The notes beneath the pieces are model-generated. The model saw only the letters and a program-made list of their open reading frames with translations, made no database searches and was not told where the DNA came from. From Antedon mediterranea (lineage: Eukaryota; Animalia; Echinodermata), in contig NC_092680.1 in assembly GCF_964355755.1 (NCBI RefSeq), positions 1,364,001 through 1,428,000 on the forward strand: a stretch of 64,000 nt of DNA, read 5' to 3'. Shown piece by piece: positions 29,201 to 43,379 of the stretch. The position numbers and the translations under genes are program-made. Within the stretch, counting starts at the first letter, position 1; each line of letters starts with the position of its first letter.

Positions 29201-32200
29201 ACAAAAATTATTCAGAAATTCAATTCAGTTTGTGACATTGCTTAATGGATCCTTTTGTAGTTAGAGGAATAAATTGATACTTACTGTATGCTGGTCATCA
29301 GATGTTTGAGGAGCATGTTATGAAAATGAAATTATTTTAATATTTGTCTTTCTTTTTGCAGAGTGATGTTTCTTGGATTCCAAACAAACATTATTCTGGA
29401 ATATTTGGATTAATGAAATTAGTATTTATGAAAATATTACCAAAGGATTTAGAAAAGGTAACTTTACCAAGAGGGAATTCAGGAGTGCGGTATAAAAGGG
29501 GACCTTTGTTTTTACCAAGAGGGAATTCAGGAGTGGGGTATAAAAGGGGACCCTGTTTTTACCAAGAGGGAATTCAGGAGTGCGGTATAAAAGGGGACCT
29601 TGTTTTTATCAAGAGGGAATTCAGGAGTGGGGTATAAAAGGAGACCTTGTTTTGACCAAGAGGGAATTGAGGAGTGGGGTATAAAAGGGGACCTTGTTTT
29701 TATCAAGAGGGAATTCAGGAGTGGGGTATAAAAGGGGGTGTTTTTACCAAGATCAGATTCACAGGGTTTTAAGAAGTTGACATAAATTCTAGGAACAAAT
29801 ATATTTTATTTACTGTGTATTTTCATTCTATGGAATTATTTTCTTCCTTTTCTATATTAGGCCATATTTCATTTATAAATACAGTAAAACAAAATATAAT
29901 ACATTTCAGCTAAACTTCTTGTAAGGAACCACCCAGTGGCGTAAAGCAAATGCCCGAGGCCCCTGGTTTAGGAACCCTTTGTGGTCCTCCAACGCTGGAG
30001 GCCTCGGGTGTTTTTAGCCTTTTTCGACATACTTTAATGCCTGTTTATTCCTCTGGGCACTGCTCAGGGGCTCCATAAGCTCAGGGGCCCCTGGGTTTAG
30101 CCAGTGAGCGCTCAAAGAAGTTACGCCACTGGAACCAACTCCCGTTTCTGATCCCTGATGGTTTCCACTTTCTTTTTCAGGTAATAGTGTTGGACACAGA
30201 CATAACATTTGCAAGAGATATAGCAGAGTTGTGGCAGTTGTTCCGTCATTTGACAAGTCCGAAACTGTTTGGACTGGTTGAGAACCAGAGTGATTGGTAT
30301 CTAGGTACCATCTGGAAGAAACATAACCCCTGGCCAGCACTGGTAAGATATAAGCAAACGAGTGTACAAGTGAAATAACAAGTATACCACACAAGGCATT
30401 ATTGAAATGTCCAATTGTTTACTGCACAACTGTACTCAGCCATAGAAATATTATGTAGAGTGGAACCTACATTTTAAGTACAGCACAGGACCGAGAGATA
30501 TACGTAAAACATAGGATTTTATACTTAAGGTACATAAATTATAAAAAAAAAACATGTGTCATGACGTAAAATCCAGTGAATGTAAAATCAGTAATAATAA
30601 TAGTAAACTGTTATAGTTTTTGGCAGGTATTAAACATAATATGATTAATAACAATAGTCTTGGGTGTGCAAAATACTGTAACAATAGGCAGGGAATAACC
30701 AAAGAGGTACTGAATACCTATGTAACCGTATTTATTCATAGGTCATCATGTACTACTGATGTCCGGTATTTTATAACACTGAGTTTATTCTCATAATGTA
30801 ATTGCTATGATGATGTCTTTTTTTACAGGGTAGAGGTTATAACACTGGTTTGATTCTGTTGGCCCTTGACAGGCTCAGACAAATTGATTGGATGAAAATG
30901 TGGAGGTTGATTGCGGAGAAAGAACTCATGAGTTTATTATCCACATCATTAGCAGATCAGGTATATCATCATTGTTGTTGTCACAATGATGGTATAGTAC
31001 AGTATATGCCATTGGGTTTTTTTTTACACAATTAGGTATTAAACATAGCATCAATTGAAATAAAGGGTTGATTGGTCGAATAATTTGTTTAAAATAGTAT
31101 TGTGCCTTTAAAAAAATTTGTTGATTTTGTACAGAATCTGTTAGGGCTTTCACTTATTATTCATTGGCGGCAAAATAAATTTTATCATATAATTTTCATC
31201 CAGATTTGCATATGATTAAAGGTGTCTAGAATTTATTGTGAAATACGGGATGAATGCACATATTTGTGACCACAGAGGTCATTGACTTTGTACTATTTTT
31301 TTTCTTTAGGATATATTCAATGCCGTTATTAAGAATCATCCTCACATAGTGTACAACCTACCTTGTTCGTGGAATGTTCAGTTAAGTGAACATACTCGTA
31401 GTGAGGTAACTATATAGTCTAATAATTATGTAATCCTCACATAGTGTACAAACTACCTTGTTCGTGGAATGTTCAGTTAAGTGAACATACTCGTAGTGAG
31501 GTAACTATATAGTCTAATAATTATGTAATCCTCACATAGTGTACAACCTACCTTGTTCATGGAATGTATTATACCTCATGATGATTTCAATTTGTTGAAT
31601 CATAACAAAAAATAATTTCTCTTTATTCATCTCAAATAAAAACACAAAACAAACAAACTAAGAGTAAAAAATATTTTTAAAGATGAAAAGGACCTCCAGG
31701 AAAGTTACAGTAATTAAGATACCGTAAAAAGAATAAATAAATACGAATAGACCATGACAGGATTAACAGGGGACGCGCATTGTTAGGGAATACCATTGCC
31801 AGGACAACCAGATACCAGGTGAGGTTCAAAGCAGAATAAAACACACATACATAAAATAGACATTTGGCCATGCTGCTTAGTATAAATTAATAGATACCAG
31901 GTGAGGTTCAAAGCAGAATAAAACACATACATAAAATAGACATTTGGCCACGCTGCTTAGTATAAATTAATAAAATCCTGTTTAACGTCATTCTGTTGTT
32001 TCTTTAGCTATGCTACACTGAACTCAGTGACATTCAAGCCATCCACTGGAACTCACCATTAAAGTTGCAGGTGAAGAACAAACACATTGATTTCTTTCGC
32101 AACCTTTACCTAAGTTTTCTAGAATATGACGGCAATTTACTACGAAGAGAATTATTTAGCTGTGATCATCTAAACAGTAACATATCAACACAAGAAACTA

Positions 32201-35200
32201 AGGTAATAAATACAAGTGTTTAATTTTTAATACCAGATTGATTGATTGATTCCAAGAAATGAACGGTTTATATCCACAACACTGTACTTGTCTTTGACTT
32301 GTTGATGGACAATAGGAACCAAGAAAGCCCACTGACCCGCTGTTTACCATCATTTATTTATTTTTTTATGACATATTTTTGTGGATAGGTGCCTTACCTA
32401 GATATAGTTCCATGAATGTACGATTTTAGAAACGATTTAAGCTCTGTCTACATTATCAATCTAGTTGACAAAAAAAAGTGTGATGTGCCTAAATATGGTA
32501 GTTATATGCTCAAATATGGTAGTGATATGACAACATCATGTCTGTATTATTGAAACATTTTAAGTACAACACAGGACCGAGAGCTGTACATAAAACATAG
32601 TATTTTATACTGATGTATTGTCCCTTTGACTGGGCACATCACATTTTTGTCTGTCAGTTTGATAGTGTAGACAGAGCTTTAGACTACCATGATGTGTTCT
32701 TTGATTTCTTGATGCGCAATGGCAACCAAGAATAGCACTGACCCTTGATTCTTGTTAACCATCATTTATTTATGCTTTTATCATGTGTTGTTTGTATCTG
32801 ATAGCCACCTGACCTAGATGAGTCTGATGAGTGCTATGATTTTAGAAGAGAAAGAATACTGATGCACAGAACACATCTATATTATCTAGATTATGAGTAC
32901 ACACCAGTAAGTTACTTAAGAATACTGATGCACAGAACACGTCTATATTATCTAGATTATGAGTACACACCAGTAAGTTACTTAAGAATACTGATGCACA
33001 GAACACATCTATATTATCTAGATTATGAGTACACACCAGTAAGTTACTTAAGAATACTGATGCACAGAACACATCTATATTATCTAGATTATGAGTACAC
33101 ACCAGTAAGTTACTTAAGAATACTGATGCACAGAACACATCTATATTATCTAGATTATGAGTACACACCAGTAAGTTACTTAAGAATACTGATGCACAGA
33201 ACACATCTATATTATCTAGATTATGAGTACACACCAGTAAGTTACTTAAGAATACTGATGCACAGAACACATCTATATTATCTAGATTATGAGTACACAC
33301 CAGTAAGTTACTTAAGAATACTGATGCACAGAACACATCTATATTATCTAGATTATGAGTACACACCAGTAAGTTACTTAAGAATACTGATGCACAGAAC
33401 ACATCTATATTATCTAGATTATGAGTACACACCAGTAAGTTACTTAAGAATACTGATGCACAGAACACATCTATATTATCTAGATTATGAGTACACACCA
33501 GTAAGTTACTTAAGAATACTGATGCACAGAACACATCTATATTATCTAGATTATGAGTACACACCAGTAAGTTACTTAAGAATACTGATGCACAGAACAC
33601 ATCTATATTATCTAGATTATGAGTACACACCAGTAAGTTACTTAAGAATACTGATGCATAGGACACGTCTATATTATCTAGATTATGAGTACACACCAGT
33701 AAGTTACTTAAGAATACTGATGCACAGAACACATCTATATTATCTAGATTATGAGTACACACCAGTAAGTTACTTAAGAATACTGATGCACAGAACACAT
33801 CTATATTATCTAGATTATGAGTACACACCAGTAAGTTACTTAAGAATACTGATGCATAGGACACGTCTATATTATCTAGATTATGAGTACACACCAGTAA
33901 GTTACTTAAGAATACTGATGCACAGAACACATCTATATTATCTAGATTATGAGTACACACCAGTAAGTTACTTAAGAATACTGATGCATAGGACACATCT
34001 ATATTATCTAGATTATGAGTACACACCAGTAAGTTACTTAAGAATACTGATGCACAGAACACATCTATATTATCTAGATTATGAGTACACACCAGTAAGT
34101 TACTTAAGAATACTGATGCACAGAACACATCTATATTATCTAGATTATGAGTACACACCAGTAAGTTACTTAAGAATACTGATGCACAGAACACATCTAT
34201 ATTATCTAGATTATGAGTACACACCAGTAAGTTACTTAAGAATACTGATGCACAGAACACATCTATATTATCTAGATTATGAGTACACACCAGTAAGTTA
34301 CTTAAGAATACTGATGCACAGAACACATCTATATTATCTAGATTATGAGTACACACCAGTAAGTTACTAAAGAATACTGATGCACAGAACACATCTATAT
34401 TATCTAGATTATGAGTACACACCAGTAAGTTACTTAAGAATACTGATGCACAGAACACATCTATATTATCTAGATTATGAGTACACACCAGTAAGTTACT
34501 TAAGAATACTGATGCACAGAACACATCTATATTATCTAGATTATGAGTACACACCAGTAAGTTACTTAAGAATACTGATGCACAGAACACATCTATATTA
34601 TCTAGATTATGAGTACACACCAGTAAGTTACTTAAGAATACTGATGCACAGAACACATCTATATTATCTAGATTATGAGTACACACCAGTAAGTTACTAA
34701 AGAATACTGATGCACAGAACACATCTATATTATCTAGGTTATGAGTACACACCAGTAAGTTACTTAAGAATACTGATGCATAGGACACATCTATATTATC
34801 TAGATTATGAGTACACACCAGTAAGTTACTTAAGAATACTGATGCACAGAACACATCTATATTATCTAGATTATGAGTACACACCAGTAAGTTACTTAAG
34901 AATACTGATGCACAGAACACATCTATATTATCTAGATTATGAGTACACACCAGTAAGTTACTTAAGAATACTGATGCATAGGACACATCTATATTATCTA
35001 GATTATGAGTACACACCAGTAAGTTACTTAAGAATACTGATGCACAGAACACATCTATATTATCTAGATTATGAGTACACACCAGTAAGTTACTTAAGAA
35101 TACTGATGCACAGAACACATCTATATTATCTAGATTATGAGTACACACCAGTAAGTTACTTAAGAATACTGATGCACAGAACACGTCTATATTATCTAGA

Positions 35201-38200
35201 TTATGAGTACACACCAGTAAGTTACTTAAGAATACTGATGCACAGAACACATCTATATTATCTAGATAATGAGTACACACCAGTAAGTTACTTAAGAATA
35301 CTGATGCACAGAACACATCTATATTATCTAGATTATGAGTACACACCAGTAAGTTACTAAAGAATACTGATGCACAGAACACATCTATATTATCTAGATT
35401 ATGAGTACACACCAGTAAGTTACTTAAGAATACTGATGCACAGAACACATCTATATTATCTAGATTATGAGTACACACCAGTAAGTTACTTAAGAATACT
35501 GATGCACAGAACACATCTATATTATCTAGATTATGAGTACACACCAGTAAGTTACTTAAGAATACTGATGCACAGAACACATCTATATTATCTAGATTAT
35601 GAGTACACACCAGTAAGTTACTTAAGAATACTGATGCACAGAACACGTCTATATTATCTAGATTATGAGTACACACCAGTAAGTTACTTAAGAATACTGA
35701 TGCACAGAACACATCTATATTATCTAGATTATGAGTACACACCAGTAAGTTACTTAAGAATACTGATGCACAGAACACATCTATATTATCTAGATTATGA
35801 GTACACACCAGTAAGTTACTTAAGAATACTGATGCACAGAACACATCTATATTATCTAGATTATGAGTACACACCAGTAAGTTACTAAAGAATACTGATG
35901 CACAGAACACATCTATATTATCTAGATTATGAGTACACACCAGTAAGTTACTTAAGAATACTGATGCACAGAACACATCTATATTATCTAGATTATGAGT
36001 ACACACCAGTAAGTTACTTAAGAATACTGATGCACAGAACACATCTATATTATCTAGATTATGAGTACACACCAGTAAGTTACTTAAGAATACTGATGCA
36101 CAGAACACGTCTATATTATCTAGAATATGAGTACACACCAGTAAGTTAGTAATGTATATTTAAAGTCATATGTCATGCTATACAAATAGAAGTTAACATT
36201 ATTATTTGATAAAAGTTGGGTAGAAGAAGTCTACACTATTAAAACTAGTGTGTGATGTGTGATGTGCCCAGATATGGTAGTGATATGACATCATCATGTC
36301 CATATATAGACACATCACATTTTTGTTGTCACATCAAGTTTGATAGTGTAGACAGGGCTATAGAACCTTCAGTGTAGATTTGTTTGTCAACAAAGTGAAG
36401 TGTGCATGCTATATATTTTTTTTTTCAGAAACCAGATGGCAATGATGTGACGTTAGTAGCTCAGCTTTCTATGGATAGATTGCAAATGCTAGAAGCTCTC
36501 TGTAAACATTGGGATGGTAGGTCTACTTACTGTCATTCTGGTGGAAATATATACTTTTATATACTTTGTTGAAATATTGTATGAAAATATGGTAATTTAT
36601 GGGACTGATTAATACAATCATAGCTACAGTGATGTAAAATTAAATTTATATAATATTTATTTTCTAAATCAAATGTACTTTTTTTATTTATTAATTTTTT
36701 GTAAACACCAATTTAGTCTTAATAAGAACATTATTTTAAGCTGGGAAAACATGGCTCTGTAAATACACACTACAGTCATTGTCAATAAACATCGTTTGCA
36801 AATATTAAAATTAAGATTAATATAGCGAAAAATCATTATGAAACTGATTCACAATATTTAATTAACAATTATTTATATTTTTTTTAACAGGACCAATGAG
36901 TCTTGCAGTTTATATGTCAGATGCTGATGCTCAACAGTTTTTAGTTTATGTGCAAACATCTGAAATATTAAGAAGTAGAAAAGACGTTAGTTATCATGTT
37001 GTTTATAAAGATGGGGTAGGTTATTGAATTTATTTATCTGTTATAATAATGCTAGAAGTTCTCTCATGTACAAACATCCGAAATATTAAAAAGTAGAAAA
37101 GATGTTTTCATTTTGTTTATGAGATTAATATGCTTGATTCTTTTAAATTATATTTTGTCCTTTTATGCTGTTTTATGTTTCACTTTCTTTACAAAATACT
37201 ATAAAAGTAGAATTATTTTCAAAGAACGCAACTTTTAGACATTTTTACATTGGCCTTTTATTGTATGTTTTTCTTTTGATAGCTACTTTAAATGCGAACA
37301 TCTTTGCCTTTTTTTAATCCATCCATCCAGAAATTTCTATTTCTTATAGTATGTCTTCAATTTTTCAATAAGTTTAAATAAAAAATAAATAAAAAATGAC
37401 CAGTTCAAACTTGAGTTATACGAATTTCTGCTTTTTGTAGTATGTCTTTAATTTGTCAAAAAGTAAAAAAAAAAAATTTAATAAATGACCTGTTTGCACT
37501 TTTATGTGCATTATTGTTGTTTATTTCTATAGCAATTTTACCCTGTTAATCACCTACGCAACACAGCTTTAAACGAGGTCAAGACGCCGTATGTGTTCCT
37601 GGCTGATATAGACTTTTTACCAATGTATGGATTATATAGCTATCTTAGAAAGATGATCAGTACATTGGATGTAGCCAATACTAATAAGGTACTGTACAAC
37701 ACTCTATTATGCATCAATTATTTAAGGCTTTAAAGTATGCGTTATATAAGCTCTGTCTACACTATCAAACTAGTTTGACAAAAAAAGTGTGATGTGTCCA
37801 AATGTGGTAGTGATATGCTTAAATATGGTAGTGATATGACATTATCATGTCCATATATGGGCATATCACATTTTTTTGTCACATAAAGTTTGATAGACAG
37901 AGCTTGAAGAGTATCTTTCTACTATCTAAGTTTATTAGTCTCTTTTTTGTTTTGTTCTATGATTGTATAATTTAAACTACAATAAAAAGTGCATTTTATT
38001 TAATACCCAAAAAAAAGTATCTGCTAAAATAAATAATTTAATAAAACAAAAGTTTTAAAAAGGGTTTTAATTTCCTTAAAATCTATGATCTTTTAAGGTT
38101 TTGTCCTAAAGCTCTGTTTACACTATCAAGCGTTATGTGACAACAAAATGTAATGTGCCAAAATATGGACATGATGATGTCATCACTACCATATTTGAGT

Positions 38201-40125
38201 ATATCACTACCATATTTAGGCACATCACACTTTTTTTGTCAATCTAGTTTGATAGTGTAGACAGAGCTTAAGGCTGGTCATTTGATGTTCAAATAAACTC
38301 CTGAATTAAAGAAAATATATACTAATTGGGTTAAAATAAATTGTTTTTCAGGCTTTAGTTGTTCCTGCTTTTGAAACTCTTCATTACAGAATCAATTTTC
38401 CAAAATCCAAAACTGATTTATTACACATGTTGGACATGGGTTCGTTGTTTACCTTTCGTTATCACGTGTGGCAGAAAGGTCACGCCCCTACAAACTTTCC
38501 AAAATGGAGGATATCAACAATGCCATATAAGGTAAACATATTATATCATAAATTTTTTTTTCATTTTATAAAATTATATATAAATATACAAACTCTGGCA
38601 AAAATGGAAAAGGAAAATTAAATGCATAAATATAATGAAAATAGGTCAGAGAATGAAGGCAAATGCCTGGAGGATGAAGACAAACATCTTGTGGCCTTAA
38701 TAATTAAATAAATAAACTCTGGTATGGAATTTCTACAGTGAAATACTCTACTACTTATAGTTACACTAATATGTCTTTTTTTCTGTTATGACAATGAAAA
38801 ATAAATGACTAGTTATTAAAATAATTACGATGTAAGTTCACATACAGCCACAAACTCATCATAGTACTATACACTGGGAGAACAGTGTTTGACTGAAGAG
38901 GCCACCCAGTATAAAGAATAAATCATAATAATAACATTGAATTTTACTTTGTACAAAAAAAAATGATTATAATTATTTTATCTATGCTCAGAATTGCTCA
39001 TTTTTACCGCATTGTCTTTTTTCAGATACAATGGGATACTGATTTTGAACCATACATCGTTATTAAGAAAGACTGCCCTCAATATGATAAACGGTTTGTT
39101 GGATTTGGATGGAACAAGGTTGCACAGATTATGGAAATTGACGCCCAGGGGTAAGTTGTACTTGTTGGCCCTTTAGTACAAACTGCACCACAACACACAT
39201 AAATAAATAATTACAACACTTGGCTTATACAACATTCTATAAAACATGATTAATAGTTTTAAATATCGAAAATCAGCAATTACAATACACATTTACACAC
39301 ACATATCAATTATTATACAATAGTGAACGTTTTGAGTGCAATAGTACAAATAATTTCTTGAGATGAAAATATAACAAGTTTTCATCTTTCAGTGCTCTCT
39401 TTTTTATGAATTTTTTACTGAATAAATCAAATAAAAATTATTTTTTCCCAGTGCATGAATATAAAACATTGCAGTACTAGCATCTAGCATCGCACTCTCG
39501 ATGACATAATTAATAGTTCAATAGAATAATTATTGAATAATCCAATCAAACGACAAAATAATGCCTTCATAGATCGTTGTACATACAGTATATGATTTGA
39601 TACAGATGTATTATTTCCACAATCTGTATATATTCCCTATTGTTGTTTTAGGTATGAATTCGTAGTGCTTCCAAACTCATTTATTATCCACATGCCGCAT
39701 ACCCCAAGTTTTGATATTGCAAAATTTAGATCAAGCTCAACATACAGAAAGTAAGTTCAACATTTATTACACTGGACATCATTCTCTGGTTCACAGTGTC
39801 TGGTTTTGCCAAAGAGGTTATATAATTAACTAGAGAGTGAAGTCAAGTGATCCTAAAAGGGCAAGGACTTAAAATGATCACAATATATATATCTGTTAAA
39901 AATAATAAATAGTATTTTATATAAAATTAATAACCTAAAATGGAAGAACCACATTAATAAGAATATATGTTTTTTAATTGGCATTGATAAAAACTGATAC
40001 AGTATTTAAAATATATTTTATTTTTCATTTGATACAGATGTTTGAAAATATTAAAAGATGAATTCAGAAAAGATCTGTCCAAAAAATATGGTTTTGGTGC
40101 TCTCAAATATGTTGCCACAGAATGA
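26259..40125 (+). CDS. LARGE1: LARGE xylosyl- and glucuronyltransferase (GT8 + GT49), ~725 aa, 18 coding exons
   Basis: Exons 26259-26361, 26817-26916, 27599-27722, 28189-28360, 28926-28960, 29362-29457, 30181-30342, 30829-30960, 31310-31405, 32008-32202, 32805-32906, 36429-36516, 36891-37015, 37533-37688, 38352-38531, 39026-39150, 39652-39750, 40038-40125; all GT-AG and phase-consistent. N-terminal TM + coiled coil; [57 protein letters not shown] match LARGE1/2. Confidence 0.96.
26950..27058. repeat. 21-bp tandem repeat (~5 copies), LARGE intron 2
   Basis: Unit attatgttatattgcacttat. Confidence 0.85.
27744..27856. mobile_element. PIF/Harbinger-like (Tourist-type) MITE, family A
   Basis: TIR agctctgtctacac, TAA on both flanks. 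Confidence 0.7.
29463..29751. repeat. ~47-bp minisatellite (~6 copies) starting 5 nt into LARGE intron 6
   Basis: Unit ttttaccaagagggaattcaggagtggggtataaaaggggaccttgt. Confidence 0.9.
29934..30131. mobile_element. hAT-like MITE (198 bp)
   Basis: TIR cagtggcgtaa / ttacgccactg; 8-bp flanks gaaccacc / gaaccaac; related internal fragment at ~52377-52507. Confidence 0.75.
31338..31567 (+). repeat. 95-bp tandem duplication (2.4 copies) of the LARGE exon 9 3' end plus donor
   Basis: Units start at 31338, 31433, 31528; donors at 31406 and 31501. Confidence 0.92.
31810..31972. repeat. ~82-bp direct duplication, LARGE intron 9
   Basis: agataccaggtgaggttcaaagcagaataaaa...ataaattaata twice in tandem. 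Confidence 0.85.
32440..32678. mobile_element. Harbinger-like MITE family A with an internal insertion
   Basis: TIRs agctctgtctaca / tgtagacagagct, TTA on both flanks. Confidence 0.75.
32852..36148 (+). repeat. 66-bp minisatellite, 50 copies, each = last 55 nt of LARGE exon 11 + donor gtaagttactt
   Basis: First donor 32907, last 36141, difference 49 x 66; unit translates [18 protein letters not shown]|VSYL. Confidence 0.97.
37749..37904. mobile_element. Harbinger-like MITE family A
   Basis: agctctgtctacactatcaaact...gacagagct. Confidence 0.75.
38110..38268. mobile_element. Harbinger-like MITE family A (representative full copy)
   Basis: ~23-bp TIR agctctgt(c/t)tacactatcaa, TAA duplication. 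Further copies at ~36229-36359, 41492-41624, 50496-50588, 51905-51955. Confidence 0.8.
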
Positions 40126-40203
40126 AGAAATCTGCCATCTATTTATTTTATAGTATTTATTGAAGGGTAACTGTTGACATGAAAGGTTTATAATGCTGCC
40201 TTA

Positions 40204-40330
40204 AAAAGGCTACACTATCAAACAATTTCGACAAAAAAAGTGTGATGTGCTTAAATATGGTAGTGATATATCCAAATATGGGCACATCACATTTTTTTTT
40301 CACATAAAGTTTGATAGTGTAGACAGAGCT
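40204..40330. mobile_element. Harbinger-like MITE family A in the LARGE 3' UTR region
   Basis: ctacactatcaaac...gtttgatagtgtagacagagct. Confidence 0.7.
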
Positions 40331-41935
40331 TAAGGCTTTTGACATAACTTGGGCTTAACTCAAATCCGGTTGGTGAGCATTCAGGATGGTAGATGTTTGT
40401 ATAAGGACTCTGTTTGGTCAATTTAATGTTTGTTTTTGTCTACCATACCAAACAAAAGCTTGCTATAGAGTCTTTGACACCTGTTTCGGCTCCGGCAAAC
40501 AAAATCGAACCTCAATGTTCTGTTTTTACGACGCATCACGCGGCTACGCACATCGATTGAAACATTTATTAGGAAGATTTATAATCACTTTCACAAATCA
40601 AAGAATAATCGCAGGTTTCTCTGTAAATCGTGTAATTGTTTCATATACTTTTTATTGTCCGAAAAATTGGTCTTTCAGCAAATAAATGATTGTAAAGATT
40701 TAAAGTATTTTATTTTGTTTATGATTTATGATATGGTTTGATTTCTAAGCACAAATTGTGTATTGATGTATTTTATTACAGAAATAATACATGAAATGTT
40801 ACTAAATTGATAATAAACTAAATTTAAAGTTAAAATAAGGTAACGGGTCATTAATATAAGATTTTATTGACAAATTCACTCTTTCCTGTGTACAATTCAT
40901 GCAAGATTCCAACAAAATCATGTATGTGTTTTTTAGATTTTGCCATTTTATATACAATCCATTATTTTTATAATCATTAAATGTTATTGGACAACACTAT
41001 ATATAGTCTTCCCGATTCCTTCCCCATTTATCAATCCTTTGATCTCTTCCTATTAATACATGCATTTTGACATTTTTAAATGGTACACATTTCACACAGT
41101 TAGGTACATTTGTTTTCTTGCTAAGTTATTTGTGAACAATATGATATAATTTATATATAATATTTTTAATTGAAAATATTACGTAAAATATGAACTTTAA
41201 AAGAAATTTATTTTTTTCTGTACAATTATGACCGTTGTTACCATTAACTTGTTTTTAGTAAATTATAATCTTGAAGTTCATATATGTTTTCAGTTGTAAT
41301 AATGATATTTATTTGGCATGTCATCAAGCACAATCTTGCCGGAAGACAGCAATAGGTATAGGCAGATATAGCGGTCTTGCTGTACGCAGATGTAGAGTGG
41401 TGCTTTTTGTTATAACTATATTCTTTAAAATGTACATCTAGGCCCCAATTACAGGTGTCTCACCATAAATAAGGAACCCCTTTCCATTTAAAGCTCTGTC
41501 TACGCTATCAAACTAAAAACAAAAAGGTGTGATGTGCCCAAATATGGTAGTGATATTCCCAAATATAGTAGTTATATGGCACATTGTATTTTTTTTTGTC
41601 ACATAAATTTGATAGTGTAGACAGTTTACAAATAAAAACAAATTATGTACATGATTGTTGCTTGTTTCAGTGTGTACTTACTACCTCTTTCCCTTTAGTC
41701 ATCACATAAAGTTAGATTGATTAAATAATTGTAATTATGAAGTGTTTTAACTTGTAAATGTAATATTTTATATTTGATCAAATAAATCAATTGCTAAAAG
41801 GTTGTGTACTGCAATATTAATTTGTGTAAAAAAAACTTTATGTTAACAGGCTGATTTAGAAAAACTATTTGAAAACAAACAATTTGAAAACACAATTTTT
41901 GTTTTACATGGAATATTTTCCATCCAATAAAATGT

Positions 41936-42949
41936 CTACTCGTCTTCAGTGTTTTCAGTTGATGATCCCAGTAAGATGAATCCCAGACCCTGCAAACAAA
42001 ATAAAACTCTATAAACAATTTGTTAAAAAAACAAATGCTATTATTAGAACCAGTCTCCCTTATTCACTTATTGAACTTTTACAACTTCAGAAACACGTCC
42101 AACCACCATGAAGCGCCCTCTACTCTAAATTGTTTTAACTATAATTACAGTGTAATCTGGTGTGAACAGATTTACCTTCCAGTGACTGGGTCTATCTTTG
42201 AATGGATTGTCACGCAAGTCAACTTTGGTGAGCTTCGCAAGTCCAACAAGGTGATCATCTGGTACACTAGACACATTATTTTTTGACAAAAGCAAAGTGT
42301 TCAATCGAGTTTGCTTCAAACAACACAGCGGGACACTTTCCAAATCATTATCGCTCAAGTCAAAATAAGAGAAATTTCTAAGCTTTGAAAAGGATTCTGG
42401 AATGTGCGTTAGTTTATTAGATGCTAGGCTTAACCACTGAAGTTGTTGAAGATTGCCGAGTTCTGAAGGAAGGTCTCGTAAATGATTATCTCTTGCGCCC
42501 AGTTTTTTTAGTTTCTGTAGCAAGCCTAACTCGGGAGGTAGTGCTGTAAGTTGTGCACCAACAATCCAAAGTTGTTCCAAACTGCTAAGATCCCCAATTT
42601 CTGGTGGAAGAAACCCCAATTGATTATGGCTCAAACTGAGATACTTTAGATTGATAAGCTGACCAAACCCAGAGGGAAGGACTGTGAGGCTGTTATAATC
42701 CAATGACAATTCTTGAAGGTTTATCAAAGAGACAAGTTCAGTGGGTGGCATAATGAGGTCATTATTGTTCAGGAGCAATCGTTTGCAGTGAGAAAGACGT
42801 TGGATAACTGGAGGTAGTATTTTAATGTTACGATGACTAAGGTTGACAGTTTTTTCCTGTTTCATAGATATTTCTGCAACATACTCTTCAACCTTTAGTG
42901 TGTTGGAGAGGACACTACTCTGTTGATCTCCCCCAGCAGACTTGTCCAT
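41936..42949 (-). CDS. Small cytoplasmic leucine-rich-repeat protein (~275 aa; coding exons 42949-42176 and 41989-41936)
   Basis: About 9-10 LxxLxLxxNxLxxLPxxxxxL repeats; donor aag|gtaaat and acceptor ttgcag| give C-terminus ...HWKGLGFILLGSSTENTEDE*. Confidence 0.88.
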
Positions 42950-43379
42950 TTTTATGCTAACATTGCATCTCTATATACACACAATTCAATCTTAAAGAAA
43001 AAAAGACAAATTAAAGATGTTTATTGACCAAATTATTACATTTATTAAATAAATTGTAAGTTTGAATATCAATATAGTATCATATTCTTAGCCACAGCAT
43101 ATGCTATGACACCCTACTAGAGGCAGGTTGCTCCTCTAGGTCTAGAGAAGTACGCGAGTCTGAGTATTTCGGTGGCCAGTCAGTACACAGTACCTGTTTT
43201 TGTTTTTGCAGGCCTACTATAACTAGGCCTAGCCTACTACTACTGTACTAGTACTAAGTAGTAGGGCTAGTCTAGTCTAGGCCTATTTATAGCTAGCTAG
43301 TAGGCTAGGCCTAGGCCTATAGGCCTTTTGGCCTAGCTAGAGTATCACTAATTAGCCTAGGCTATACACTGTAGCTTAT

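Noticed and set aside
32842-36138. 1098-aa minus-strand ORF
   Set aside because: Just the antisense reading of the 66-bp array; a stop-free unit of 3n length gives a long ORF automatically.
32852-36148. CRISPR-like array
   Set aside because: No unique spacers, no cas genes, eukaryotic intron; the same applies to the other minisatellites.
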